A stretch of 59,219 bases of DNA from IMG/VR virus record IMGVR_UViG_3300050011_000072, positions 1 through 59,219 of that record, one strand, 5' to 3'. The stretch is from a virus (Duplodnaviria > Caudoviricetes). The notes under the pieces are model-generated. The model had not been told where the DNA came from. It worked only from the letters and a program-made list of their open reading frames with translations, and did not search any database. Within the stretch, counting starts at the first letter, position 1. Every line of letters begins with the position of its first letter. The position numbers were made by a program, and so were the translations under genes. Positions 43,569 through 52,466 of this stretch are shown in pieces.

Positions 43569-43757
43569 TTACTTTTGTTTGATTGCAACGCCGCGCCCGA
43601 TAGGCACTTTTCGCTGTCCATCGGCGGCGCGTTCGTCAACACGGCGCGAAGCCTGCGCCGATCCTGAATTTTTATCCCACCCCGGCACATGCATCTCGCC
43701 GGCGGTGGAATAGCGCACCTTCGTTGTGTTGGTGCGCTGGCCGATTACCTTGACCAT
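43569..43757 (-). CDS. Small basic protein
   Basis: 62 aa, R/K-rich, coupled. Confidence 0.6.
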   Translation of the reverse strand: MVKVIGQRTNTTKVRYSTAGEMHVPGWDKNSGSAQASRRVDERAADGQRKVPIGRGVAIKQK

Positions 43758-43758
43758 G

Positions 43759-43968
43759 TTATCGGCCGGTTTGCTTGCTCATTGCATCGGCGTAATGCAC
43801 GGCGCTGCGCTCATTCACAGGACCAGGTGCCGCTTCAATGCCACCTTCACCGGGAACGGTCATCGACAATTTGCCACCGGGCTTGCCGGTTTTGATTGCC
43901 GGTGCAGCACGGCCGCCAGACGATTGACCGCGCAACGATGCACTGATATTTTTCGAGACTGCTTTCAT
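43759..43968 (-). CDS. Small basic, likely disordered protein
   Basis: 69 aa, AAAGG RBS. Confidence 0.6.
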   Translation of the reverse strand: MKAVSKNISASLRGQSSGGRAAPAIKTGKPGGKLSMTVPGEGGIEAAPGPVNERSAVHYADAMSKQTGR

Positions 43969-43990
43969 GATTTACCTTTCGAGTGGATTC

Positions 43991-44017
43991 AAAAAAGACC
44001 GCATTGAAGCGGCCTTT
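43991..44017 (-). terminator. Intrinsic terminator after the major capsid gene
   Basis: AGGCCGC-TTCAAT-GCGGTCT followed by TTTTT. Confidence 0.8.
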
Positions 44018-44033
44018 GCCAAACAATTACCGA

Positions 44034-45431
44034 TTAGCCGGCATGAGCAACCACGCAAGCGCGCTTCCATGCTGCAGACGACGCAGTAGGGATAATCGAG
44101 GGAGTGGCCGTGAGGTCGGTCGGAACTGCGTAATCGCCGATCCAGGTCCACGATAGCGATGCGAACCGATTCAGTCGGTCGATAGGTGGGCGAATGATTT
44201 GCAGCACGTTATCAACCATCATCGTGTTGGCAATCGGGGTGACGCCTTCGCGGGAGAGGTATGTTTCCATGCCCTCGAAATTGCCCTCGATCAGGCATTC
44301 AGCCCCCAGAACGATCGGACGACGCACGGTAACGCCGACTTGCGATGCGCCGGTAGAGCCGTTTGCATTGGCGCTGCCACCCAATTGAACGTAGGCGTTG
44401 GTGGTCGGAATAAACGTCATGCCGAGCATCACGTACACGTCCGACCGCTTGATCACCTCGCTGTCTTGACGGCTGGCAAAATAGACCTTGAAATCCTGAT
44501 CAGCCATCAATTGGCGATGGGATACATCGTCGAGAATGACGTGATAGGTGCCATCGGACATAACCGGCACACCGTTCGAGCGCAGGCCGGCGACCGCATC
44601 CTGCAGCAATCCGAGCGTGAGAGTATCCTGCATCGACAATTGCGCGTCGGACACATGCCCGGAAGGGCGCTTGATTGCCGGAGCGTAGGACGCGATCAGC
44701 GCATCGCCATTTGCCGGGGTATTGGCGGCGGCGGGATAGATCGTCAAATAGCCGGAAACGCCGTCAGGGGTTGTCGAATAATTCGTTGCGGTCGGCGCAA
44801 CTGCGGTGATCGTCAGCGATTGTGTGTAGCCGGCACTCGATACGGCATATTCCTGCACCGTGATCGGATTGGTGCCGCTTACACCGATTGGCGTTCCGTT
44901 GACCCATGTATTTTGAAATCCACGGATATCGTCAACGTAGACCAGCGTAGTGCTGTCGCTACCGAGATCGGACCGCACGCGGGTATTTGCCCCGACGTAG
45001 GCCGAAAACAGTTTGAACCGGCTGATCAGTTCGCGGGATTGCGATGCCTGCACGCCATTGTTGCGGCTGTTGGCAATGAAATCATCGGCGATTGTTGCCT
45101 CGGTACCGAGGATATCGACGTCCACGGTGTCGGCATACGGCTGCAGCGTGAAACTGTATTGCTCAATCGAATAACTCGATGGCGTCATGCCGTTATCCAA
45201 TGCGTTGAGCGTGGAAACGGGCAATGGGGTACGTGTCGGTGCCTTGCGGCCCTTGCGAGTGCGCGTCAGTGTTTCGCCAATGCGGCCGGGGATGGTTTCC
45301 TGCACGGCGCACGAACGATAAGCAAGAACGGAATCAAGCCCTTCTTCCAATTCGCGTTCCAGAAAACCTTGTTGCAATTCGTTTGCGAGTGCCGAAGGCA
45401 GCCACGCAAAGTCAGTCGTTGCGATAGTCAT
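44034..45431 (-). CDS. Major capsid protein
   Basis: QQGFLERE.EEGL.S.LAYR, IGETLTRTR.G, LRSNGVP, RPPIDRL...SW.WIG...PTD; after scaffold, before terminator. Confidence 0.85.
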   Translation of the reverse strand: MTIATTDFAWLPSALANELQQGFLERELEEGLDSVLAYRSCAVQETIPGRIGETLTRTRKGRKAPTRTPLPVSTLNALDNGMTPSSYSIEQYSFTLQPYADTVDVDILGTEATIADDFIANSRNNGVQASQSRELISRFKLFSAYVGANTRVRSDLGSDSTTLVYVDDIRGFQNTWVNGTPIGVSGTNPITVQEYAVSSAGYTQSLTITAVAPTATNYSTTPDGVSGYLTIYPAAANTPANGDALIASYAPAIKRPSGHVSDAQLSMQDTLTLGLLQDAVAGLRSNGVPVMSDGTYHVILDDVSHRQLMADQDFKVYFASRQDSEVIKRSDVYVMLGMTFIPTTNAYVQLGGSANANGSTGASQVGVTVRRPIVLGAECLIEGNFEGMETYLSREGVTPIANTMMVDNVLQIIRPPIDRLNRFASLSWTWIGDYAVPTDLTATPSIIPTASSAAWKRACVVAHAG

Positions 45432-45444
45432 GTAAAGCTCCAAT

Positions 45445-45660
45445 TTTTAGGGAAAGTTGACCCGGAGATGTGAGAAGTCACACCGGGATTCCGGGCGCCT
45501 GGCCCGCTTGATACGCGATTCGCCGAAATTGGCGATCAAGCTCGTCCGCTCGATTGCGGCATGCCCAGACATTTTACTGGTGCGGGGAACCTGTCCCAAC
45601 TCTCACGCAATTCCTATTTCTAGGGAGAGTTTCGGCCTGTTGTCCACAGACTGGATTTTG
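45445..45660 (-). other. Structured intergenic leader of the major capsid gene
   Basis: Series of hairpins: CCTA-GAAA-TAGG, CTTGAT...ATCAAG enclosing CGCC/GGCG, CGGG...CCCG, CCGG-TGTGA...TCACA-CCGG. Confidence 0.5.
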
Positions 45661-45665
45661 AAACT

Positions 45666-46286
45666 TTAACGCTTTGCCAATTTCAGCATCGACGCTTTTT
45701 TGCGCGCTTCATATTCCGCTTTTGGCAGTTCGCGCAAATTGGTTCCCGGAGGATTGACAACCGGCGCCGGTTTGCCGGGAGCGCCGGATGCAGTAGGTGG
45801 GACGACAACGGCGGCAGCGCCAAAATACGATGGCTTGCTTTCCTTGAATGCGGCAATGGCTTCGGCAACGCCGGTCACTGTTCCGTCTTCACCCAACTTC
45901 ACGCCGTCGCGCTTCACCAGCGCCAGCAGGTCGAGGTCGTTCAATCCAGCCTGCATTGCGGCAATCTTCAATTCCGATTCGATGATGCGCGGCTCGTACG
46001 TTTTCACGCGAGTGTTTGCGGTTTCCGTCGCTGTGGCGATTTTTGCCGCGGCCTCATCCTGCGCGGTCTTCGCGGCAGCAAGTGCGGCATCGGATTGCGC
46101 TTTCGCCTCTTTTGCCGTCAATCGAGCGGCGGCGGCATCGGCGCGCGCATCGCCTAAATCACGCTTAGTGCGGTCGTATTGATCTTGAGATACGGTTTTG
46201 GCGGCGGCGCGTTGTGCTGCAGCAGCGGCATCGGCATTTGCGGAGGCTGTTGCTGCGTCGGCAGCGGCTTGTTCTTCAGGTGTCAT
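45666..46286 (-). CDS. Capsid scaffolding protein
   Basis: Ala-rich coiled coil, ELKIAAMQAGL.DLD.L, FKESKPSYFG, C-terminal EYEARKK. Confidence 0.85.
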   Translation of the reverse strand: MTPEEQAAADAATASANADAAAAAQRAAAKTVSQDQYDRTKRDLGDARADAAAARLTAKEAKAQSDAALAAAKTAQDEAAAKIATATETANTRVKTYEPRIIESELKIAAMQAGLNDLDLLALVKRDGVKLGEDGTVTGVAEAIAAFKESKPSYFGAAAVVVPPTASGAPGKPAPVVNPPGTNLRELPKAEYEARKKASMLKLAKR

Positions 46287-46310
46287 TGTCCATTTTCCTT
46301 TTGATTAAAA

Positions 46311-46661
46311 TTACATCCCGCCGATGCCAATACCCCAATTTGAGGTAACAGCCGTTACGGCCGTAGCATTGGCAACTGTCACCACGAAATAAAATGCAGG
46401 GCATGCGTCGGATAGCACGCAATTCCCGGCCACGTTGGCCGTTGTCGCAGCCGAATTTGATGTCAGCGGAACCGCGCTATTGGCGTCCATGTAGCGTTGA
46501 ATCTTGATTGTCACAATCTGCGTCGCGAGCAATGCCGCCACAATCGCGCCGTAGCCATCATTTGCAATCGGGCCTGAACTCCATGTTTCGCCGGCCACGA
46601 TAAATGACGGGAATCCTGCCGCCGGAACAACGCCGATTGCCGGGTTATTGTAGATAGCCAT
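46311..46661 (-). CDS. Small beta-rich protein, probably virion-associated
   Basis: Low charge, A/T/V-rich. Confidence 0.6.
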   Translation of the reverse strand: MAIYNNPAIGVVPAAGFPSFIVAGETWSSGPIANDGYGAIVAALLATQIVTIKIQRYMDANSAVPLTSNSAATTANVAGNCVLSDACPAFYFVVTVANATAVTAVTSNWGIGIGGM

Positions 46662-47152
46662 TAGTACAGCCCTCCAGGCGCGTAGTGCGGTTGAACCGTT
46701 GGGATCGCCGATAGCTGCGATGCGGTGAGCGCCGCCGCTTGCGCGGTAGTCAATGCGTATGCCTGCGCGGTAGTCGCAGAGCCGAAACTGGCCGGTTGCA
46801 ATGCTGCGATCTGTGTAGTCGTAAGCGCCACCACCTGCGCGGTCGATAAACCATGACTCACCTGTGCCGCCGTTAATGCGGCAACCTGCGCGGTTGTCAG
46901 TGCGGCGACTTGCGCGGTGGTCAATCCCAGGTTAATTTGTGATGTGGTCAGCGCCCCTACGTCAGCCGTCGGCATTGCCGCAATCGTCGCTGTCACGAAT
47001 GCCGGTATCTGCGCGGTGGTCAATGCGATCAATTGACCGGTCGCAAGCCCTGCAATATCGGCAGTCGTCGCGGCGGCGATCTGCGCCGTGGTGAGCGCGA
47101 CGACTTGCGCAGTCGTTAAAATCGGCGGCCCGTTGAATAAACCCATTGTCAT
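46661..47152 (-). CDS. LTTAQ(I/V)AA 8-aa repeat protein
   Basis: More than a dozen imperfect LTTAQxAA units. Confidence 0.75.
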   Translation of the reverse strand: MTMGLFNGPPILTTAQVVALTTAQIAAATTADIAGLATGQLIALTTAQIPAFVTATIAAMPTADVGALTTSQINLGLTTAQVAALTTAQVAALTAAQVSHGLSTAQVVALTTTQIAALQPASFGSATTAQAYALTTAQAAALTASQLSAIPTVQPHYAPGGLY

Positions 47153-47156
47153 GTCC

Positions 47157-47372
47157 TTAACTTTTGATTATTGCTAATAGCTGATCTTGCGCGATCTGTT
47201 GACCGAGCGCCACAAATACGGATACCGTGCCAGCGCATGATGCGCGAATGTCATAGAGCATTTTCATGCACTCAATCTGCATGATCAATTCGTCGTCGGC
47301 CACTACCACACCAGATTCGACAAAAAATTGCGCCACCATGCCCATGATCGGCGACGTGATATTTATTTTCAA
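47157..47372 (-). CDS. Stand-alone biotinyl/lipoyl-carrier domain protein
   Basis: ITSPIMGMV...VESG..V...QIECMKM.YDIRA..AGTV...G.QI...QLL; MKM biotinylation motif; GAGGG RBS. Confidence 0.88.
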   Translation of the reverse strand: MKINITSPIMGMVAQFFVESGVVVADDELIMQIECMKMLYDIRASCAGTVSVFVALGQQIAQDQLLAIIKS

Positions 47373-47707
47373 ATTTCCCTCGCATCCGGTTCGCGCCAGT
47401 TAATCGTTACCTGCGGCGCAAACGTGTCACGCGAAAACAACCGCAAAATCAGCCCATCCTCTGCAAATGCATTTAGGACAAATGAGCCGGTAAATGCAGA
47501 CGGCATGAAAAACAGGTCATTGCCGGTTGCGTCAGTCAATAGGATATTTCCCCATGCGCCCTGTGAGCAAATCATCACGCTATACAATTCTGCACTGCGT
47601 CTCGATAGCCGATGCAAACCCGGCAATCCTATGCTCGCCGACCGCATGAGGCTGCCAGGGCATGGTCGCCCGATGACCTCGTTTATTTGCGCTTGAACGG
47701 GAGCCAT
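47369..47707 (-). CDS. Hypothetical protein, paralogue of 47683-48048
   Basis: GSFVLNA...DGL...AP.VTINW. Confidence 0.65.
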   Translation of the reverse strand: MAPVQAQINEVIGRPCPGSLMRSASIGLPGLHRLSRRSAELYSVMICSQGAWGNILLTDATGNDLFFMPSAFTGSFVLNAFAEDGLILRLFSRDTFAPQVTINWREPDAREI

Positions 47708-48048
47708 ACAATCGACGCCACAGGGGCGACTTCAGCGGTTCCGCCCACACTGCGGATTGTCAGCCCGTGTTTAAACCCCGCATTGAGCATCCAGGTTCCC
47801 ATGCAGCATGGTGATGCACGATAAAATTCATATCCGACCGTCGGATCTTCGGTGGCGTCGAAAAACCCATTTTCGTCGGGCACGCCATCAATAAAATGTA
47901 GGCTCCCACTGCCCGCATGAGTGACGGCGGCGACGATCAACGTGCCTTCGCCGCGCTCCAGGCAATAGATGCCTTTCTCGCGCAGCAGGAAACATTTCCC
48001 CCCCATCGGCGGCATTGGCCGCTCCATAAACTGCACTCTATTTTGCAT
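47683..48048 (-). CDS. Hypothetical protein, paralogue of 47369-47707
   Basis: GTWMLNA...HGL...AP.ASIVW. Confidence 0.65.
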   Translation of the reverse strand: MQNRVQFMERPMPPMGGKCFLLREKGIYCLERGEGTLIVAAVTHAGSGSLHFIDGVPDENGFFDATEDPTVGYEFYRASPCCMGTWMLNAGFKHGLTIRSVGGTAEVAPVASIVWLPFKRK

Positions 48049-48253
48049 TGAGTTGCGTTTCGCAGTCGGACGTAAATTGTTTCAGCATCGCGATCATGTT
48101 GGTCAATTCCACATTCGATAAATAATGGATTCGACCGTCGCGCGCGCCCATGTCTGTGGCGATAACGCAGAATCCGTAGCCGTCCAGCGTTGAACCGAGT
48201 GCCTTGCCGGCCTCCGTCATGCGCCATCGATGTTGGATGTCTACCGCTCTCAT
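48038..48253 (-). CDS. Hypothetical protein
   Basis: GFCVI...IHYLSN; coupled. Confidence 0.6.
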   Translation of the reverse strand: MRAVDIQHRWRMTEAGKALGSTLDGYGFCVIATDMGARDGRIHYLSNVELTNMIAMLKQFTSDCETQLNAK

Positions 48254-48639
48254 TTTTTATTGGCTTTCTTGCATGTCTGTTCGCGAAACGAGAACATCAG
48301 TTCTTGCGCAATCCATTGAATTGCATACGCCTCTATTTCATCGCCGGGCGATTGTTCGCCGATATATTTGCAATACGACTGCCAAATATGGACGGCCTCA
48401 TGCATCAATAGTGCGGCAATATAAATAGGGTCTTTGCCCGTGAAATCTTTTACGCATACTAGCGCAATTTCCTGATCTGTCTGCGATTTGAAAAAATGCG
48501 TTGTCGCACCAGTTAGACTAAATGCCGGGAGATTTTCAAACCCAAATTTGCGCAACTCTGAGTGGAAATCAGCTACCGTTAGGCACAGTGCATATGGCTG
48601 GCAAAATCCTATGCCTCGATCCAGCCATTTGACCGTCAT
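48250..48639 (-). CDS. HEXXH zincin-like small protein
   Basis: LLMHEAVHIWQ...EIEAY. Confidence 0.7.
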   Translation of the reverse strand: MTVKWLDRGIGFCQPYALCLTVADFHSELRKFGFENLPAFSLTGATTHFFKSQTDQEIALVCVKDFTGKDPIYIAALLMHEAVHIWQSYCKYIGEQSPGDEIEAYAIQWIAQELMFSFREQTCKKANKK

Positions 48640-50201
48640 TCCGTAGCCTCAATCGGCAATGGCAGCGGTTCAACCCCGGTAGCCAAGGTATTATTGACGA
48701 CGACGGTTAAATCGGCGTCTGGCACCGCATCCTCGCCATCTATATCCATCAATCCGAGATCGAGATTACTCACCAAAATCGCGCGCGCCTCTTGATGCGT
48801 GAGCAACGGCGGCACTTGCGGTAATGGTTTCGGTGCGACTTCACCGGGATTCGTCGGTTTCGCTTGAGCCTGTTGATCGCCCCCGATTGCAGCAATCAGC
48901 GCCGGGATTAGCAATGCTATATCCTGCACGGTCGGCGCGTATAATCGCGGCCATTGCGATACCAGCCCGCCGGCCAGATCATCCATGCCCAGCGCCATCG
49001 CCACTTTTCCGACTAGCTCAATCGGGTCATACGCTGTGCGCAATTCCATGACCAAATCGTTGAAATCCTCGTCAAGATATTCCATTGCCCGACCGGATAG
49101 CACGCCCTTAATTTGCTCTGGATTTTTGCGGCTTGCGCAAATCTGTTCGAGCGCCAATGCGCGCAGCCGCTCAGTCAGGTCCAGCGCCGCTTTCGTGCCG
49201 GCGCCGTCCATCTCTAGCAATTTCGCATCTCCACCGCCGATAGTCTCGCCATCCTCTGTTTTGTGCGCTGCGTTGAATTGCAGGTAATCGGCAGGCCCAC
49301 GGTGCAGCACGCCATCATCATCTGTCGTGTCGCCCGCCAATTGCCCGATCACGACCAATTGCGGCGCGCAGTTGTAGCGTACACCGCGCCCGGATTGCGA
49401 TAGATCGTAATCCAGTTCGATGCTATTTTCCAGCGCAGGCCGCCATGTGCAGAGGCCATCGGGAGTTTCGCCGCCGGCCAGATTGCGGAACCACACACCA
49501 GGAACGAATCCAAAATTGTGTGTTATTTCCTCGCGGGGCGTCAGCGCGATTCCCTCGGCGATATTGACGCCTACTGGATTCCATTGATCGTGCTCCAGCG
49601 GCACGTAATTTATTTCCGACGTCGGCAAATAATCGCGCACAAACCAATACATGCGCGTCGGATTCAATCCCTCGGCGCCGGCGGCCTCCAATTGCGCGGC
49701 AGTCGTCACGTATGCTACCCGTAGCGCCGCGAGTTGGCCCATATCGTCAAATGTCGGCGTGCAGTATTTCGACGGCCACACGGAAAATGATATGCGTTGA
49801 TCTTCGCTCACCCGGAATGTTACAGCGACCGATCCGACCGAGCCGCGTGATGCAGCCTCGATTAGCACCTCCCACAATTTCCAGTTCGTGAGATTTTTCT
49901 CGAATTCCAGCGCCAGTTTTGGGTTGTCGGCGTTGCGGATTCGCGGGATGTGCCGACCGCTGAATAATTTCCGCGCGCAGGACCGAGCGACTAATTGCGG
50001 CAAATGAAACTGCGCGGCTGGCCGGCGATCTTTCATCGGCACCGGATCGCCGTTTGTTTTCCGCTCATCGTAATAGCTGTAGGGCAGCACATCGTACAGT
50101 GTGCCGTCCAGGCATCTATCGAGCAAATCCAACCGGGAATAGCGCGCGCAATATCTCACCCATTCGGGGTATTTAATGCGGGCAGCGATCTGATTTAGCA
50201 A
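48636..50201 (-). CDS. Portal protein
   Basis: After TerL; LDGTLYD.L.Y, HNFGFVPGVWFRNL, Y.LSQ.GRGVRY...PQL, GDAKLLE, SGRAME. Confidence 0.88.
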   Translation of the reverse strand: MLNQIAARIKYPEWVRYCARYSRLDLLDRCLDGTLYDVLPYSYYDERKTNGDPVPMKDRRPAAQFHLPQLVARSCARKLFSGRHIPRIRNADNPKLALEFEKNLTNWKLWEVLIEAASRGSVGSVAVTFRVSEDQRISFSVWPSKYCTPTFDDMGQLAALRVAYVTTAAQLEAAGAEGLNPTRMYWFVRDYLPTSEINYVPLEHDQWNPVGVNIAEGIALTPREEITHNFGFVPGVWFRNLAGGETPDGLCTWRPALENSIELDYDLSQSGRGVRYNCAPQLVVIGQLAGDTTDDDGVLHRGPADYLQFNAAHKTEDGETIGGGDAKLLEMDGAGTKAALDLTERLRALALEQICASRKNPEQIKGVLSGRAMEYLDEDFNDLVMELRTAYDPIELVGKVAMALGMDDLAGGLVSQWPRLYAPTVQDIALLIPALIAAIGGDQQAQAKPTNPGEVAPKPLPQVPPLLTHQEARAILVSNLDLGLMDIDGEDAVPDADLTVVVNNTLATGVEPLPLPIEATE

Positions 50202-50301
50202 TTTTTTATCCTGTTATTGCAGTGCGTCAAAATTGATTGTTTCCGTGCGGTATAAACCCGCAAATTCTGACACTTGTCATAGTACGTGTTGCGATGCACA
50301 A

Positions 50302-51636
50302 TTATCGTGCGAATATCGGTAAAGTGCGCGGGCCTTGCGGCGGCTTGCTGTACATCGGTTCGCGTTTTACCATCAACTCGGAAAACGCCCATACCAGCGC
50401 ATCAACGCGATCAGGTGAACCGTATGCATCGCGGTCTAGATCAGTCGTAAATGCGCACATTTGATCCTCTAGCGTCGGAAAACTCCCGACGTGCGATACC
50501 CGCCCTTGCTCATACAGCGCACTAATCGGCTCTGCGCGCACCACTTTTCCGCGACTCGCGTGGACGCCGCGATATGCCACATTTTTATCCACCACGCGCA
50601 ATGTATGCTCCACCATTTCGCCGCCGTTATTGATCTCAGCAATCACGCGATCGGCGTGGTAATGATGGTATAGCTCAACCACTTTTTTAGCCCACACGTC
50701 GGGTTTATAGCGCCCGGAGTGATCTGCTAATACATGCCCATGCCCATCGCGATCAATGCCAGCGACAATTATCCCTGTCTCATCCGCATCCTCGCCGCTG
50801 GTAGCAGCCGGGTCAATCGCTACGACTACCCTCGCCATCGTCGGCGCATCGCCACGTATTCGGTGCGCGTCAATCTCTGCGCGCTCCCACAATGCGCCTG
50901 GCACATCCTCTAAAATCTCTGCGTACAGCTCCTGGCGCCCCAATCGCGTGCCGTCGTATTTGCGCAATATCTGGCTGATAAATTGCGGCGCCAGATTCTG
51001 CGCATTGTCCATCGTCGCGCCGCGTGTGACGGTGCAGCGTGGGTCCTGCATCATCTCGCGAATGATTTTAATCGGCCTCGGCGTCGTCGTGATGATCGCC
51101 AGCGGGCGACTACCGAGTCGCAGGCCCATCATCAGCATGTCGTATGTCTCTGGATACTGCCATGCAGCGATCTCGTCGAGCAATGCCGCGTCATGCTGAG
51201 GCCCGCGCAGGCGATCTGGCTCATCGGCACTATAGGTAGTAGCCAGTGCGCCGTTCGGCCACGTTATACGCCGTTTTGATGGCTCGTACAGCGGTCTATC
51301 GCCCTCCGGGTGTACTGCTAATATTCCTGATTCGCCCTCGACTAGCACGTCACGCGCATCAGCTGCTGTGGCACCGACAATCGCAATCCGCTTGTATCCG
51401 CGCTGCACCAGCGTCCGCACCGCTTCTGCCCCGGATCGCGTTTTTCCCCAACCTCGGCCGGCCAAAATCAGCCATTTATCCCAATCCGTGCCGACCGGCA
51501 TTTGCTGCTCAGGGCGCCCCCAAAATGCCCAATCATGCTCAATATGACGCAGTTCAGCGAGCGTCAGCGATTGCCAAAATGTGGCCTGATCACCCGGCGG
51601 GAGCGAGGCGAGCCAGCTTGCTTGCGATCCGCTCAT
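50302..51636 (-). CDS. terL: Terminase large subunit
   Basis: Walker A GRGWGKT, LRGPQ, Walker B LLDE, TTTP, RLGRQEL, IDPA, DETGI, PDRVDA. Confidence 0.96.
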   Translation of the reverse strand: MSGSQASWLASLPPGDQATFWQSLTLAELRHIEHDWAFWGRPEQQMPVGTDWDKWLILAGRGWGKTRSGAEAVRTLVQRGYKRIAIVGATAADARDVLVEGESGILAVHPEGDRPLYEPSKRRITWPNGALATTYSADEPDRLRGPQHDAALLDEIAAWQYPETYDMLMMGLRLGSRPLAIITTTPRPIKIIREMMQDPRCTVTRGATMDNAQNLAPQFISQILRKYDGTRLGRQELYAEILEDVPGALWERAEIDAHRIRGDAPTMARVVVAIDPAATSGEDADETGIIVAGIDRDGHGHVLADHSGRYKPDVWAKKVVELYHHYHADRVIAEINNGGEMVEHTLRVVDKNVAYRGVHASRGKVVRAEPISALYEQGRVSHVGSFPTLEDQMCAFTTDLDRDAYGSPDRVDALVWAFSELMVKREPMYSKPPQGPRTLPIFAR

Positions 51637-52159
51637 GTATCAATGTCGATTCGTCGTCAGGATTTATTATTTTTTCCGAGTTAATATCGGCGACCAGGAC
51701 CTTGTTCGCGGCGATGAGATTCAGCGCCCCTGCCGCCGATTCGTTCGCAACCCGCGTCAGTGACATAATGTCCTTCAGCGTCTCGCGGCTCTCATCGTCC
51801 ATGGGTCTAGCGTCGTCAATCTCCGCGCTTTTCGCATTTGCGATCACTTGCAGCCGGTGATACGTCGCCGCGCCATACCGCGAGCCGCTTGCAAGATGCC
51901 CGCTTATCGCTAGTAGATGATCCGCCAAATTGATCGTTTCTATTTTCGTTTTAATCGGTAAAACCGAAAAAGCCTGCTCTGCCGCAACTATTTGATTCGC
52001 AACGGTTTTAATCGTTTTGTGCTCGTTTTTAAACTTCGCTCTTATAGGGCCTTCCGTGATTCCGAATTCGCGCGCCAACGCCGATGCTGACTCACCGTCA
52101 AAATATCGTTTGCCGACGATCTCCCATTGCGCTGCGGTCAATGCTGATTTGCGGCCCAT
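51590..52159 (-). CDS. terS: Terminase small subunit
   Basis: N-terminal HTH MGRKSALT...SALAREFGITE; overlaps the terL start. Confidence 0.8.
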   Translation of the reverse strand: MGRKSALTAAQWEIVGKRYFDGESASALAREFGITEGPIRAKFKNEHKTIKTVANQIVAAEQAFSVLPIKTKIETINLADHLLAISGHLASGSRYGAATYHRLQVIANAKSAEIDDARPMDDESRETLKDIMSLTRVANESAAGALNLIAANKVLVADINSEKIINPDDESTLIHERIASKLARLAPAG

Positions 52160-52281
52160 CAGCGGATCCTGTTAGAAAAAAGCCGGGACGTTTCCATCGA
52201 CCGGCAAGCTCGCGCCTTGTGGGTCGCGAGAAGGGAGATTCTGTCCGGCATGGGTGGATATGCGCCATCCCGGCGCCGTAG

Positions 52282-52437
52282 TTAAATCTTGCGCTGCTTG
52301 TTGCGGGCACTCTCAATCAAATCCATGCCTAGCTGGCGCCGCAATTCGGATTGTGTGGGCAGCGGCTTATGCTCCTTGGCTCTCGTCGCCATCCAATCGC
52401 GTACCTGTTTTTTGGTCGGCTGATGGATATCGGTCAT
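52282..52437 (-). CDS. Small hypothetical protein
   Basis: PTKKQVRDWM...LP...ELRRQLG; GGAG RBS. Confidence 0.6.
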   Translation of the reverse strand: MTDIHQPTKKQVRDWMATRAKEHKPLPTQSELRRQLGMDLIESARNKQRKI

Positions 52438-52466
52438 GACGCGCTCCTGGAGTTGCGCTGCAATGA

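Noticed and set aside
44199-45473. 424-aa plus-strand ORF, and similar ones at 42405-43325 and 244-879
   Set aside because: Antisense shadows of the capsid, decoration and dnaB genes with no motifs of their own
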